NCBI GenBank assembly: GCA_965214605.1
Contig: OZ243961.1
Location: 1,632,001-1,696,000, forward strand
Length of the DNA stretch: 64,000 bases
Origin: an uncultured Candidatus Binatia bacterium
Lineage (GTDB): Bacteria; Desulfobacterota; Binatia; Bin18
Reading direction: 5' to 3'
The position numbers and the translations under genes were made by a program. The number at the start of each line of letters is the position of its first letter. Position 1 is the first letter of the stretch. Shown here piece after piece: positions 10,997-21,134 of the stretch. Below the pieces are notes generated by a model, which was given only the letters and a program-made list of their open reading frames with translations, was not told the DNA's origin and did no database searches.

Positions 10997-11779
10997 ATGA
11001 CCGAGTACGACCAGCTCGACGCAGTTTTCTACGATCACTATTCACTCGGTCTGGACGGCGACGTCGAGTTCTATGTTGAGGAGGCCAAACAGGCCGGCTC
11101 GAGGGTCTTAGAGCTGGGCTGCGGGACGGGTCGCATTCTCATCCCCACCGCTCAAGCCGGCATCCCGATCATCGGTCTCGACCGCGCTACGGCCATGTTG
11201 ACCAGGACTGAGCAAAAAATCGCAACTCTGTCCCCCGCTGTCCGTAGTCTGGTGACTCTTAAACACGCCGACATGCGCGCCTTCCGAATCGACCCGGCAC
11301 TGCGGCTCATCACCGTTCCGTACCGTGCTTTTCTCTACCTGCTGACCCTCAAGGACCAACGTCAAGCCCTCGCCTGCATCCACCGCCATCTGAGTCCACG
11401 CGGCCGTCTTATCCTCAATATCTTTGATCCAGATGTCGAAACCCTGGCCACCCATAGCGGGCCGCTGGGGTCGGTCCTCAAGAGAGACCTCGTCTTTCAA
11501 CATCCGCACACCGGGCGGCGGGTGATAAGCTGGGAGGCGCGCCGCTACGATCTAGAACGTCAGCTGCTCGAACAGTCAACCATCTTCGAAGAGGTCGATG
11601 CGGCGGGCTGCACCTTGTCCCGCACCCACCGCTCGCTCACCCTCCGCTATATGTTTCGCTACGAAATGCGTCACCTGCTGGAGTTGACCGGTTTCAGAGT
11701 CGAGGCCTTATACGGCGACTTTCGGCGGGGACCATTTACCCATGGTGGTGAACAGATTTGGATTGCGAGAAAAGCCTAG
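10997..11779 (+). CDS. Class I SAM-dependent methyltransferase
   Basis: VLELGCGTGR motif I, ADMR. Confidence 0.88.
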   Translation: MTEYDQLDAVFYDHYSLGLDGDVEFYVEEAKQAGSRVLELGCGTGRILIPTAQAGIPIIGLDRATAMLTRTEQKIATLSPAVRSLVTLKHADMRAFRIDPALRLITVPYRAFLYLLTLKDQRQALACIHRHLSPRGRLILNIFDPDVETLATHSGPLGSVLKRDLVFQHPHTGRRVISWEARRYDLERQLLEQSTIFEEVDAAGCTLSRTHRSLTLRYMFRYEMRHLLELTGFRVEALYGDFRRGPFTHGGEQIWIARKA

Positions 11780-11795
11780 GGGAAAGGAAGCCGTC

Positions 11796-13583
11796 ATGAA
11801 GAAGTTCTTGGTTCGCACCTTGGCAACAATCGGCGCCTCGGTTGTCATCATCGTCATTTTTGGACTGCTGTCATCATTCATGTTCCGACAGCATGTCCCG
11901 GACAGCGTGGTCTTGGAGATGGACCTCGGTCGGGGGCTAGTTGAGTATCTACCGGCCGATCCCGTAGCCGGCCTGATGTTTGAGAGAGTGTATACCACGC
12001 GAGACGTAGTGGACGCCCTAGAACGGGCGGCCCAGGACGAACGGGTTGTCGGACTGCTGGCCCGGATCACACCGGGCAGTCTGGGCTTGGCCCAGATCCA
12101 GGAAATTCGTGACGCGGTCCACTTCTTTCGGGCTCAGGGGAAACCCGCCGTGGCCTACGCCGAATCATTGGGGGGCATTGGTCCGGGCAACGGCGTATAT
12201 TATCTGGCCACCGCCTTTGAGGAAATCTATATCCAACCATCCGGTGGGGTGGGTTTGACCGGTCTGATGGTTGAAAGCACCTTCTTTCAGGGCACGCTTG
12301 AGAAACTTGGCATTGAGCCACGTATCGGCTTTCGCGGCAAGTATAAAAACGCGGTCAATCTGTACACCCAACGGAAATACACTCCACCGCATAAAGAGGC
12401 CGTGCAGCGGGTTATGGATTCGCAGTTCGATCAGCTGGTGGGCGGTATTGCCCAAGCCCGCGACCTTGACCAGGACCAAGTACGAGCCCTGATTAACACC
12501 GGACCTTTCCTCGCCCAGGATGCGCTCAAGGCCAATCTCGTAGACGGCCTCGCCTATCGGGATGAAGTGTATTCCACAATGACCGAACGAATCGGACAAG
12601 AGGCCGCTCGGCTATCCCTGTTCACCTATCTGGATCGGGCCGGCCGGCCCCATGCTGAGGGCGACGGTATCGCTCTTATCTACGGGGTTGGCATCGTCCA
12701 ATCCGGTAAAACGAGCTACGATCCGCTGTTCGGCGGTCCGACCATGGGCGCTGACACGGTCGCCGCCGCCTTTCGGCGTGCGGTTGCCGATACTGACGTC
12801 CGGGCCATTATCTTTCGCGTTGACAGCCGGGGCGGCTCACCCATTGCCTCGGAGACAATCTGGCATGAGACGATTCGTGCCAAACTGGCAGGGAAGCCAG
12901 TGATTGTCTCAATGGGCAACATGGCTGGCTCGGGGGGCTATATGATTGCAACCGGGGCCGATAAAATCGTCGCCCAACCGGGAACGATTACCGGCTCAAT
13001 CGGCGTCTTTGGCGGTAAACTCTTGACCGCTCGGCTGTCAGAAAAAATGGGCTTGTCGTCCGATGAGGTCCATACCAGCGACAACGCCACGATGTGGAGT
13101 AGCAACCTGGACTTCAGCTCTGCCCAGTGGGAAAAATTTAATCAGCAGCTCGACTGGATTTATCACGACTTCACCACAAAAGTGGCCCAGGGCCGAAAGC
13201 TGGACCACGAACAGGTCCTCTCGGTCGCCGAGGGCCGTATCTGGACCGGCGAAGACGCCAAAGCGCACGGGCTAGTTGATGAGTTGGGTGGCTTTCCAGT
13301 CGCGCTACGTTTGGCTAAAGAAGCGGCGGGGATCGCCGCAGACGCACCGGTTCAGGTCAGACTCTTTCCCCGTGCACAGTCTTTTGCCGCCATCCTCCTC
13401 TCCCGCCTGTTAGGCGATGAAGACACCGAAGACCAGGCCTATATCCCTGGGGCGGCCCTGCGACCCATCCTCCACACCCTCCAACCCCTCATCCATCTGA
13501 TACAAGACCTCGGTTTGGGTGCTGAACCGGGTGCCTTGACCATGCCGGCGTGGCAGCTAAGAGGAGAGAAGAGCATGCCCTAA
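11796..13583 (+). CDS. sppA: Signal peptide peptidase SppA (long, two-domain form)
   Basis: N-terminal TM, GKYKNA, RVDSRGGS, AGSGGY, TITGSIGV, EGRIWTG..A. Confidence 0.9.
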   Translation: MKKFLVRTLATIGASVVIIVIFGLLSSFMFRQHVPDSVVLEMDLGRGLVEYLPADPVAGLMFERVYTTRDVVDALERAAQDERVVGLLARITPGSLGLAQIQEIRDAVHFFRAQGKPAVAYAESLGGIGPGNGVYYLATAFEEIYIQPSGGVGLTGLMVESTFFQGTLEKLGIEPRIGFRGKYKNAVNLYTQRKYTPPHKEAVQRVMDSQFDQLVGGIAQARDLDQDQVRALINTGPFLAQDALKANLVDGLAYRDEVYSTMTERIGQEAARLSLFTYLDRAGRPHAEGDGIALIYGVGIVQSGKTSYDPLFGGPTMGADTVAAAFRRAVADTDVRAIIFRVDSRGGSPIASETIWHETIRAKLAGKPVIVSMGNMAGSGGYMIATGADKIVAQPGTITGSIGVFGGKLLTARLSEKMGLSSDEVHTSDNATMWSSNLDFSSAQWEKFNQQLDWIYHDFTTKVAQGRKLDHEQVLSVAEGRIWTGEDAKAHGLVDELGGFPVALRLAKEAAGIAADAPVQVRLFPRAQSFAAILLSRLLGDEDTEDQAYIPGAALRPILHTLQPLIHLIQDLGLGAEPGALTMPAWQLRGEKSMP

Positions 13584-13602
13584 CCAACCCTGAAACCTGT
13601 CC

Positions 13603-16290
13603 CTACCTGACCAAACGGGGGGCGACACTCGGATCAGCCAGCGGACCCGTCACCCGGAACGACAGCGTCGTCAGGCGGTTTGCCCCACGGGCCAGGAGTT
13701 TTCCCGCCAACGGCACTTTAGCAACACTGCTGGTGATGCCGTGCAGGGGCACCAACGCCGTGGTCAGATCCAAGCGAGGTGGAGCGAGAGCCAGGCTGCC
13801 GCTGGTATCGAACCGCACCGCGCTGCTGGTGAGCACCAGATTGTCGGTCCGAATCATCCCCGTGTCGATTGTCAGGTCTCCGCTTAAGGAGGAAAAGGCC
13901 AAGCCGGTGCCGAGACTCGGCAACTCAAAGCTGAGCAAACCCTGGAGACTCAAGGCCGACCACAGCCGGACCAGAATGGGCAACCGCTGGACAACACCGT
14001 CGCGCAGCACCAACGACAAATCGGCGTCCCAATCAACCAAGTGCTCCCACCGCTGCCAGTCGGGCATGTGAATCCGGCCGTTTCCGCTCAGCGTGCCGCT
14101 CAGCGTGCTGGTCGGCTTACCGATCGCCCGCAAGAAATGCGATGCGTCCACCTCGGTTAGCCGTGGCGTCAGCAACACCGCCCGACGATCGGGCCACAGC
14201 ACGGCCTGCCCCTCTACCCGCCCCCCGGCGATGTGTGCGCCGGTCAACGTTAGATCGGCCTGACGGTCGTGCCAGTGGTAGGCCAGGCGCAAGTCTTGAG
14301 CCTGCAGAGATTTATAGCGCAAGCGGTCGGTCCTCAGATTGCCACGGACCACCGCGCCGGATATTCCTGCCCCCTGCTGCGGCCTGCCGAGTGCCAGGGC
14401 TGCCTCAAGATCAAGAGCGGTCAGGTCAGCGGACAACTCGACATGCGGAGGATACAGGGACTCGAACCGCCCCTGTCCGCTCAAGGCGGCACCGGCCAAG
14501 CTGCCCTGACTCACGCGAAACGTTCCCTCCTGGCCGTGCCAGGCAACCCGCCCCTGGCCCACCTCAAGCGGCTGGAGAAAAGACACCAGATCAACCACAA
14601 TCCGCTTCAGTTGCAGCTCGCCCGCGGTATGTGGCGCACGCCTGTCCGTGGTTAGGGAGGCCTCAATATAACCGCTGAGCGTCCCGTTTGCGGCGAGCAG
14701 CGTTCCGGGCGGCAGAGGCAGCAAGGTCGCCACGTCACGGTCATGGGCCTTGAGGACTGCCACGTGTAGCTCAGCGGTACGACGCGGCGATAGGTAATCG
14801 GCCACCCAACCACGGACGTTGAAGGACGACTGCCCGATCTGTAAGGCCAGTTCGTCAATCGTCACCCGTACCGGATCGACGTGCAGCGTTCCGGCCAGTC
14901 CAGAGATATCGGCGTGCCAGCCCGGCAGATGAAAGGCGGCCTGCCGCAGGCGCACCTGTCCATTATAGCGCAGTTCGGCTGGCCGGCCCTGCAGGCGGAG
15001 CTGTACGCGCGCCTGTCCGCGAGCCTTTTGCACCTGCTGCAACACATGTCCGGGTTCGACTCCAGCCGCAACGGCCAGCACTGGCACGAGCCCGTCTGAG
15101 AGGTCGACCTCGGCGTCTAGCCACAGCTCGGCCTGAGGCTGGGCAGACAGGACGCGGGCGATACGACCCCGGACGCTGACGGATGACTCGCCAGCGCTCG
15201 CTCGCACCCCGCTAAGCGCCAACTGGCCCTGGTCCAGGTGCAGCGAGCCGGCGTGAATCACAACCGGCAGGAGGTGCGGGCCAACTTCGACCCGCCCGTC
15301 CATCATCTCGGCTTGCGCGCTGATACGGTCCGGCGCCTGCCACACCAGCTTGCTCAGCACCGTTTTCCCGTGGCTCAGCCGCCCCATACCGAACGGCATC
15401 TCGCTGAGTTCAGCCTCCCCGCTCAGTTCAAGCCGCCGAGTCCCCCTCGTCGCCCAGCGTCCGTTAAAATCAAGCCGGGCCTGTGGCCACCGCCTCCCCA
15501 GCCAACGACCAGCTTGAGCGAGGCTCAGATTGCGCAGACGGGCCGTGCCCTCGCACTCCAGCCGGTCAAGGACAGCGTCCGGCCTCCAGCCCGGCAGCCA
15601 TGCCTGGAGACTGATCTGCCCCATCCCTCCACTGGATCCGAGGCCGAACTGTAAGCGTGCGCTCAGTCCCTTGCCCTCGCTATAGCTGAGGTCCAGATCG
15701 CTCCCCACCATCACCAGATCAGCGTCTTGCGCCGAACCGCCATACCACACCTGACTGTCCTGTAATACCAGGTGACGCACCGCAAGCCTCGGAGACAGCC
15801 AGCCGTGTCCGGCCCGCCCGGCGTGCGTCTGCCCTTGCAAGGCCCGCTCCACCAAGGGCGGGAGAGACGCGGTCCCATCCTCGGCTGCCAGCCGGATGCG
15901 GGGACGCAGACAGTAGATATGCCGAAACAGGAGCTGACCGCGCAGTAGAGCGGTCAAGTCGAGGAGTACGTCGACGCGCTCAGCAGTCAAAAACGGCGCA
16001 TCCTCTGACCGATTTTGGACCACTAGCTCCTCAAGCCCAATCCCCAAGCCACGGCGAAACGACACTGCGCTGCCGGCCACCCGTACCTGAGCTCCCAGCA
16101 GGGCACTCAGGTGCTGCGTCAGAAACGGCTGAGAGCGGTGGGACGACAGCCACCAGGCAACCGCCAGTAAAACGAGCAGGCAGCCCACTGCACCGCCGCT
16201 ACCCACTATACACAAGCCGCGCCACAGGCGACGGCAGTTGAATCTGGCTCTCAAGAGGGATTTTTTCCTCCCTATCGGACACGTGACCAA
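13603..16290 (-). CDS. AsmA-like (YhdP/AsmA_2) envelope protein
   Basis: N-terminal TM anchor, long beta-rich body, C-terminal KVPLAG..F.VTGPLADPSV; start uncertain. Confidence 0.7.
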   Translation of the reverse strand: MVTCPIGRKKSLLRARFNCRRLWRGLCIVGSGGAVGCLLVLLAVAWWLSSHRSQPFLTQHLSALLGAQVRVAGSAVSFRRGLGIGLEELVVQNRSEDAPFLTAERVDVLLDLTALLRGQLLFRHIYCLRPRIRLAAEDGTASLPPLVERALQGQTHAGRAGHGWLSPRLAVRHLVLQDSQVWYGGSAQDADLVMVGSDLDLSYSEGKGLSARLQFGLGSSGGMGQISLQAWLPGWRPDAVLDRLECEGTARLRNLSLAQAGRWLGRRWPQARLDFNGRWATRGTRRLELSGEAELSEMPFGMGRLSHGKTVLSKLVWQAPDRISAQAEMMDGRVEVGPHLLPVVIHAGSLHLDQGQLALSGVRASAGESSVSVRGRIARVLSAQPQAELWLDAEVDLSDGLVPVLAVAAGVEPGHVLQQVQKARGQARVQLRLQGRPAELRYNGQVRLRQAAFHLPGWHADISGLAGTLHVDPVRVTIDELALQIGQSSFNVRGWVADYLSPRRTAELHVAVLKAHDRDVATLLPLPPGTLLAANGTLSGYIEASLTTDRRAPHTAGELQLKRIVVDLVSFLQPLEVGQGRVAWHGQEGTFRVSQGSLAGAALSGQGRFESLYPPHVELSADLTALDLEAALALGRPQQGAGISGAVVRGNLRTDRLRYKSLQAQDLRLAYHWHDRQADLTLTGAHIAGGRVEGQAVLWPDRRAVLLTPRLTEVDASHFLRAIGKPTSTLSGTLSGNGRIHMPDWQRWEHLVDWDADLSLVLRDGVVQRLPILVRLWSALSLQGLLSFELPSLGTGLAFSSLSGDLTIDTGMIRTDNLVLTSSAVRFDTSGSLALAPPRLDLTTALVPLHGITSSVAKVPLAGKLLARGANRLTTLSFRVTGPLADPSVAPRLVR

Positions 16291-16306
16291 GAGCTTAGGT
16301 GTCGAT

Positions 16307-17152
16307 TTAGTTCGCCTCCGGCTTCACAAATTTGAGCGTCATGCGGTCGCTCTCACCGATGGTGAGGTAGGTGTCGCGGTCTGTGTCCCCTAACCGTAAG
16401 ACGGGCGGCAGCGTCCACACCCCGCCCTCGTAGTCTTTGGTATCCCTTGAATTGGCGTTTATTTCCGAGCGGTCAAGCAGTTCGAAGCCTGCAGCCTGGG
16501 CTAGAGCGATCACATGGTCTTCATTCACATAGCCTGAAGCTGCCTTGGGATCCTGAGCGACCTCGGGGTTGCCACGATGCTCGGTCAGGCCCAGAATCCC
16601 TCCCGGCTTGAGCGCCTTATACAGGGCGGCAAAAACGGCGGCAGCATAGCCCCCGCCCATCCAGTTATGCACGTTACGGAAGGTCAGCACCATATCGGCC
16701 GAGCCCTCAGGAGCGATCGCCGTCTTGTCGGCCTGCGGGGCGAGCTCGGTTACCGTCACCGCGCTGTACAGTTCAGCATTAGCGGCGAGCTTCTCATTCA
16801 TGGCCTTGACTGAACGCTGGATATAGTCCACTGACGACTCCGCATTCGGTCCAGCCGCATAGTACTTACCCTGGTCTTTGAGAAACGGAGCCAGAATTTC
16901 CATATACCAGCCTGCTGAGCCGGGCCAAATCTCAACCACTGTCATATCCGACTGAAGACCGAACCAGGTCAGCGTCTCGACCGGATGGCGGTAGCTATTG
17001 CGGGCTTTGTGCTCGGCTGAGCGGTGCTCGCCATCGGCCAGGGCCTGCAGAGCCATCTGGACCGAGTCACCCTGTCCATGCTGGTCGGCATACACTGGCA
17101 AGCTGAGTAATAACCCACTGATGACCAGGCTTTGACACACCACGCTCTTCAT
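16307..17152 (-). CDS. Secreted predicted methyltransferase (COG4798-like)
   Basis: Signal peptide, RHPVETL, VVEIWPG, TFRNVHNW, GVWTLPP, GESDRMTLKF. Confidence 0.8.
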   Translation of the reverse strand: MKSVVCQSLVISGLLLSLPVYADQHGQGDSVQMALQALADGEHRSAEHKARNSYRHPVETLTWFGLQSDMTVVEIWPGSAGWYMEILAPFLKDQGKYYAAGPNAESSVDYIQRSVKAMNEKLAANAELYSAVTVTELAPQADKTAIAPEGSADMVLTFRNVHNWMGGGYAAAVFAALYKALKPGGILGLTEHRGNPEVAQDPKAASGYVNEDHVIALAQAAGFELLDRSEINANSRDTKDYEGGVWTLPPVLRLGDTDRDTYLTIGESDRMTLKFVKPEAN

Positions 17153-17309
17153 ACAACAACTCTCCTTATTTCTGTCAGCGCTTGACCGCCACTCAGCGCT
17201 CTGGGTGACGGGCTAGACAACTCCCGAAACGGCCGGGCCAACGACCCGGCCCCTCACGGGATCCACTTAATCGACTGGGATAAACACGGCAGGACCACCG
17301 CGCTCCCCC

Positions 17310-18068
17310 CTAGGCAGCAAGTTTCCGGCTGCCCTGCATGGCCGGGAGACTGGGATCTAGCGCAAACCGCAGCCGCGGCAGATCCGTGTCACATCGCGTA
17401 AACGTGGCGGTCATCGGATTGGTACACTGCAAACGGTTGTCCGCACCCCAGGCCGACGCGTCGAGCGTTTTGAGGTGAGGAATCCCACGCTGGGCGGCGT
17501 GAAAGACGTATTCCGGATCGACCTGAATGATCAGCGGTTTTTCTTCACCGTCCTCGCGCACTCGCACGAGATGCAAGCTGTCGATATACGTCACATCCGA
17601 CCCAGAGACATGTTCCGGATTTTCGGCCTCCATGTTTAAGATCGTCCGGCCGTCCCGCTCGACCGTACCAATCACTCGGTCATGACGCGCCTGAAGGCCG
17701 ATCGTGCCCAGCTCAAGCGTGAATCCCCAGCGCACCCTGAGCTCGTCTGCCGCCCGCTCAGAATTGGTGTAAGCGCCCACAACATAGCCCCGGGGCCGAA
17801 TCCCGGCTCGGACAACCAGCCGGACCTGAGCCAGCGCATACGGCCCGACCGGACTGTCAGGAAAACGAGCGACCGACAATGTGGCATACGGCGGAATACT
17901 CGGATGCAGAGCAGGCGCAACCAGCCATTCGGCCGGCTCTTCAACAACCTCAAAACTCAGCTGCAAAATCTCGGCCCCTTTGAGTTCCCACGGGTCGGTA
18001 TCGAGTCCGCTCAGAAGCGGCGCACGCGCCGCCGCGGCCTGCACGTCCTGTTTTCCAAACACCGGCAT
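17310..18068 (-). CDS. Acetoacetate decarboxylase-like family protein
   Basis: PALHPSIPPY..DSPVGPY fold signature; ATG overlaps upstream TAA (TAATG). Confidence 0.65.
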   Translation of the reverse strand: MPVFGKQDVQAAAARAPLLSGLDTDPWELKGAEILQLSFEVVEEPAEWLVAPALHPSIPPYATLSVARFPDSPVGPYALAQVRLVVRAGIRPRGYVVGAYTNSERAADELRVRWGFTLELGTIGLQARHDRVIGTVERDGRTILNMEAENPEHVSGSDVTYIDSLHLVRVREDGEEKPLIIQVDPEYVFHAAQRGIPHLKTLDASAWGADNRLQCTNPMTATFTRCDTDLPRLRFALDPSLPAMQGSRKLAA

Positions 18069-19177
18069 TAGCTCGCTCCTCCAGTCGCCGCGTTGGCCTG
18101 TGAGTCGGCAAAGGCCGGCATGACCTCTTTGGCAAACAGCCGAAGACTGTCGAGGACCTGCTGCTGGGGGATGATCTCGGCCGCGTTGAGCATGAACCCG
18201 ACCCGGTCCACCCCACAGGCTTCCCACTTCTTGAGCTCTTTAACTAGGTGAGCCGGGTTGCCGACCGCAATCCCCTCCGGCGCGGCGTTATATTCGCCCG
18301 GACTCGAGGCCTGGCGGCGCAGCGATGGCAGCAGTCCTGCAGACGGATAGGACTTGGCTGGGTAGGCTTCCTTGGCCATATCAAGCTGGGCGGCCAAATA
18401 ATTGAAGTGCTGAATCATCCGCATCCCCGTCTTGGCCCCGACCTCGTTGTCTTCATGGCAGTACAGGAAGTTGACCGTATTGACCTGGTTGTTCACAAAG
18501 CCGCCAACCGGAGTACAGTTCTGTATACGCCGCCGGTACTCTTTGACCTTGGCCTCTTGCTCGGCAAACGTGGTAAACGTCACCCCCAAGCTTCCGATAC
18601 CACGGTCGGCGGCGTCGAGTTCGGTGCCGGGACTGGTGACCGCCACCCACATAGGCGGATGGGGCTTCTGATACGGTTTGGGCAACACCGCCCGGGACGG
18701 CATGGAGAAATATTTACCCGCATAGCTGAAGCGTTCCTGCATCCACATTTTGGGAATGCAGTGCACAAACTCGTCCCAGCTCTTCTTGGTATCGTCCGGG
18801 TTAGCACCAAAGCCACCCAACTCCGTCCACGTTGCCGAACGGCCCGTCCCAAACTGCAAGCGCCCACCGGACAGAATGTCCAGGGCTGCCGCCCGCTCGG
18901 CGATCCGAATCGGATGATTAAACTCCGGCACACAGATGACAATACCGTGGCCGACATTGATCTGCTCGGTCTGCATGGCGCACGCAGTCAGGAACAGTTC
19001 GGGCGCGGCACAGTGCGAGTATTCTTCCAGAAAATGATGCTCAACCGCCCAGACCTGATCAAAGCCAAGCTCGTCGGCCAGCCGCACTTGTTCAAGGGCG
19101 TTCAGATACACAGCCCGCTCAGATTCCCGATCCCAAGGACGCGGCACAGACAGTTCATAGAAAATACCAAACTTCAT
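18068..19177 (-). CDS. LLM-class flavin-dependent oxidoreductase
   Basis: MKFGIFYE, VEHHFLEEYSH, PKPYQKPHPP. Confidence 0.88.
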   Translation of the reverse strand: MKFGIFYELSVPRPWDRESERAVYLNALEQVRLADELGFDQVWAVEHHFLEEYSHCAAPELFLTACAMQTEQINVGHGIVICVPEFNHPIRIAERAAALDILSGGRLQFGTGRSATWTELGGFGANPDDTKKSWDEFVHCIPKMWMQERFSYAGKYFSMPSRAVLPKPYQKPHPPMWVAVTSPGTELDAADRGIGSLGVTFTTFAEQEAKVKEYRRRIQNCTPVGGFVNNQVNTVNFLYCHEDNEVGAKTGMRMIQHFNYLAAQLDMAKEAYPAKSYPSAGLLPSLRRQASSPGEYNAAPEGIAVGNPAHLVKELKKWEACGVDRVGFMLNAAEIIPQQQVLDSLRLFAKEVMPAFADSQANAATGGAS

Positions 19178-19276
19178 AACGACCTCCTCCAAAAAACGAT
19201 GCGCTTATCCACTCTCGCCTCTCCTCTTAGCGTATCCAGAGGCCTGCGGTAAAGAGCCAGACTGAGCGCAGCGGCT

Positions 19277-20056
19277 TTACTGTTTTCGAAACGGGGCCAA
19301 GGCCTCGGCGGCCTGGAGCGTGGCCTGTCTGAGGAGGACCAGATCGGTGCCGTACAAAATATACTGGGCCCCGCTATGCACAACGGCCTCGACGCTGTCC
19401 GGTCTGGTCAGAGCCCCGGCGGTGGCAATCCCGCGTTCTTTGCACAGCGTTCGCACTCGGCCGACGATGTCGCGCAGTTCGGGCCGATCAAATTCGCCCG
19501 GAAACCCCAAGCTGTGAGCCAGGTCTTGGGTACCGACCAAAGCCAGATCAATGCCGGGCTGTAAAATGTCGTCCAGATTTTCAACCGCCTGCTCGGTCTC
19601 AATAATGACTCCCAGTAGGGTATTGGCGTTCGCGTGGGCCATGGCCTGCACCGAATCAATATCCTCGTAATCCGTGCTGGCACCCAGATAAATGGCGACC
19701 CCGCGCTTTCCCTGAGGATGATACTTGGCCATTTTAATGAAATGGCGGACTTCGTCCCCGGTTCTGACGTGAGGCACGATCAGACTCTGACAGCCTGAGT
19801 CCAACAGTCGGGTGACGTGCTCATATTCCAGGTCGGGAATACGCACGACCGGGCTGAGCCCGGCGGCGTGGGCCTGATGTACCAGTTCGACCACGGTTTC
19901 CAGGTTATAGGCCGAGTGCTCGCTACAGATCATGACGAAATCCATCCCGGCCGCGGCCAGGGTATGCAGGACCCCCCGACCGCGCACCTCCCAGAGTAAG
20001 GTCCCCAGCGCCACGTCACCCGCCTTGAGAGTTTTCTTGAGCTGATTTTCACGCAT
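19277..20056 (-). CDS. HpcH/HpaI aldolase family protein
   Basis: DFVMICSEH, VVRIP, IIET..AVENLDDIL, G..DLAHSLG. Confidence 0.85.
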   Translation of the reverse strand: MRENQLKKTLKAGDVALGTLLWEVRGRGVLHTLAAAGMDFVMICSEHSAYNLETVVELVHQAHAAGLSPVVRIPDLEYEHVTRLLDSGCQSLIVPHVRTGDEVRHFIKMAKYHPQGKRGVAIYLGASTDYEDIDSVQAMAHANANTLLGVIIETEQAVENLDDILQPGIDLALVGTQDLAHSLGFPGEFDRPELRDIVGRVRTLCKERGIATAGALTRPDSVEAVVHSGAQYILYGTDLVLLRQATLQAAEALAPFRKQ

Positions 20057-20174
20057 GGTCTTATCCTCCTAGCACCCGATTATCCTGTCGAGAGCAGACC
20101 ACAGTCAAGCAGAGAAAAGTGTTTCTTTGTGCTATGACAGCAGCACGCGCAGCAGGAAAGGCGGCAGACACACG

Positions 20175-21092
20175 ATGGACACGGCAAGCATCTTGCTCTT
20201 ACCTGTGCTGTTTATGGCGCTGGCGGGGATCTCACCGGAGAGCGAGCATAGACACAGCCGGGAACGCGCAAGACTGTACGGGGCAGTTCACAGCGTGAGA
20301 AGTGAAACCGCCCAGTACGTCCGCCACAACGAGGAGTGGGTCGAAGGCGTCCGTGGCCAGGAACAACTCGACACCTATGATCGCGCCGGGCGCTTGATCG
20401 AGCAAGTCTTGTACAACCCCGACGGCACTCACTTTCAGCGCAAAGTGCGCGCCTACAGTCAAGCTGGCCAGCCCAGCCAGGAGATCGTCTACGCCCCGGA
20501 TGGATCCCTGTGGCACCGCCTGGTCTGGAGCTATGATGAACGCGGGGCGATGACCGCGGCCGCTCGCTATGAGGCCGATGGGACGCTCCTCTCCAAAGAG
20601 CTCTTCAGTTACAACAGGACAACACTCAGACCCGTTGAATCGGTCAACCAGGACAAAGACGAGACGTTTTTCGGCCGCGTCGTGTATCGTTACGATGCGG
20701 CCGGTCGGATGGTTGAGCGCAGCTGGGTTGACGACGAACGCAAGCCTGTGTCACGCAATGTGTACGTCTATGACGAGCGGGACAACCTGATCACCGTCGA
20801 AGTGTATGATCGTCAAGACGCGCTGGCATCCCGCTGGGTCTATACCTATGACGACAAGCGAAATCGAACCGAGTGGCTCGACTATCATCCCGACGGCAGC
20901 CTGGCAGGCAGACAGGTCTATTGCTATGAGTTTGACGACTGGGGGAACTGGACCAAGAAGGTGATTGCGGACTGGACCGGCGATGGCCAGGCCGGCCGGC
21001 TCGAACCCTCAGAGGTTGTCCATCGGACGCTGAGTTATTACTCGGCCGAGCCGCCACAAGAAACAACCCACGCTCAAGCTCCACAGCAATAA
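20175..21092 (+). CDS. Secreted YD-repeat protein
   Basis: Hydrophobic N-terminus then repeated YD..G / Y..DG units and terminal DDWGNWTKK. Confidence 0.7.
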   Translation: MDTASILLLPVLFMALAGISPESEHRHSRERARLYGAVHSVRSETAQYVRHNEEWVEGVRGQEQLDTYDRAGRLIEQVLYNPDGTHFQRKVRAYSQAGQPSQEIVYAPDGSLWHRLVWSYDERGAMTAAARYEADGTLLSKELFSYNRTTLRPVESVNQDKDETFFGRVVYRYDAAGRMVERSWVDDERKPVSRNVYVYDERDNLITVEVYDRQDALASRWVYTYDDKRNRTEWLDYHPDGSLAGRQVYCYEFDDWGNWTKKVIADWTGDGQAGRLEPSEVVHRTLSYYSAEPPQETTHAQAPQQ

Positions 21093-21134
21093 GCGGCCCA
21101 ATTCTGAGGGCAGAAGTCGGGCCACGGGTTTGCC

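Noticed and set aside
20175-21092. RHS polymorphic toxin
   Set aside because: Too short, with no RHS core terminus, toxin domain or immunity gene.
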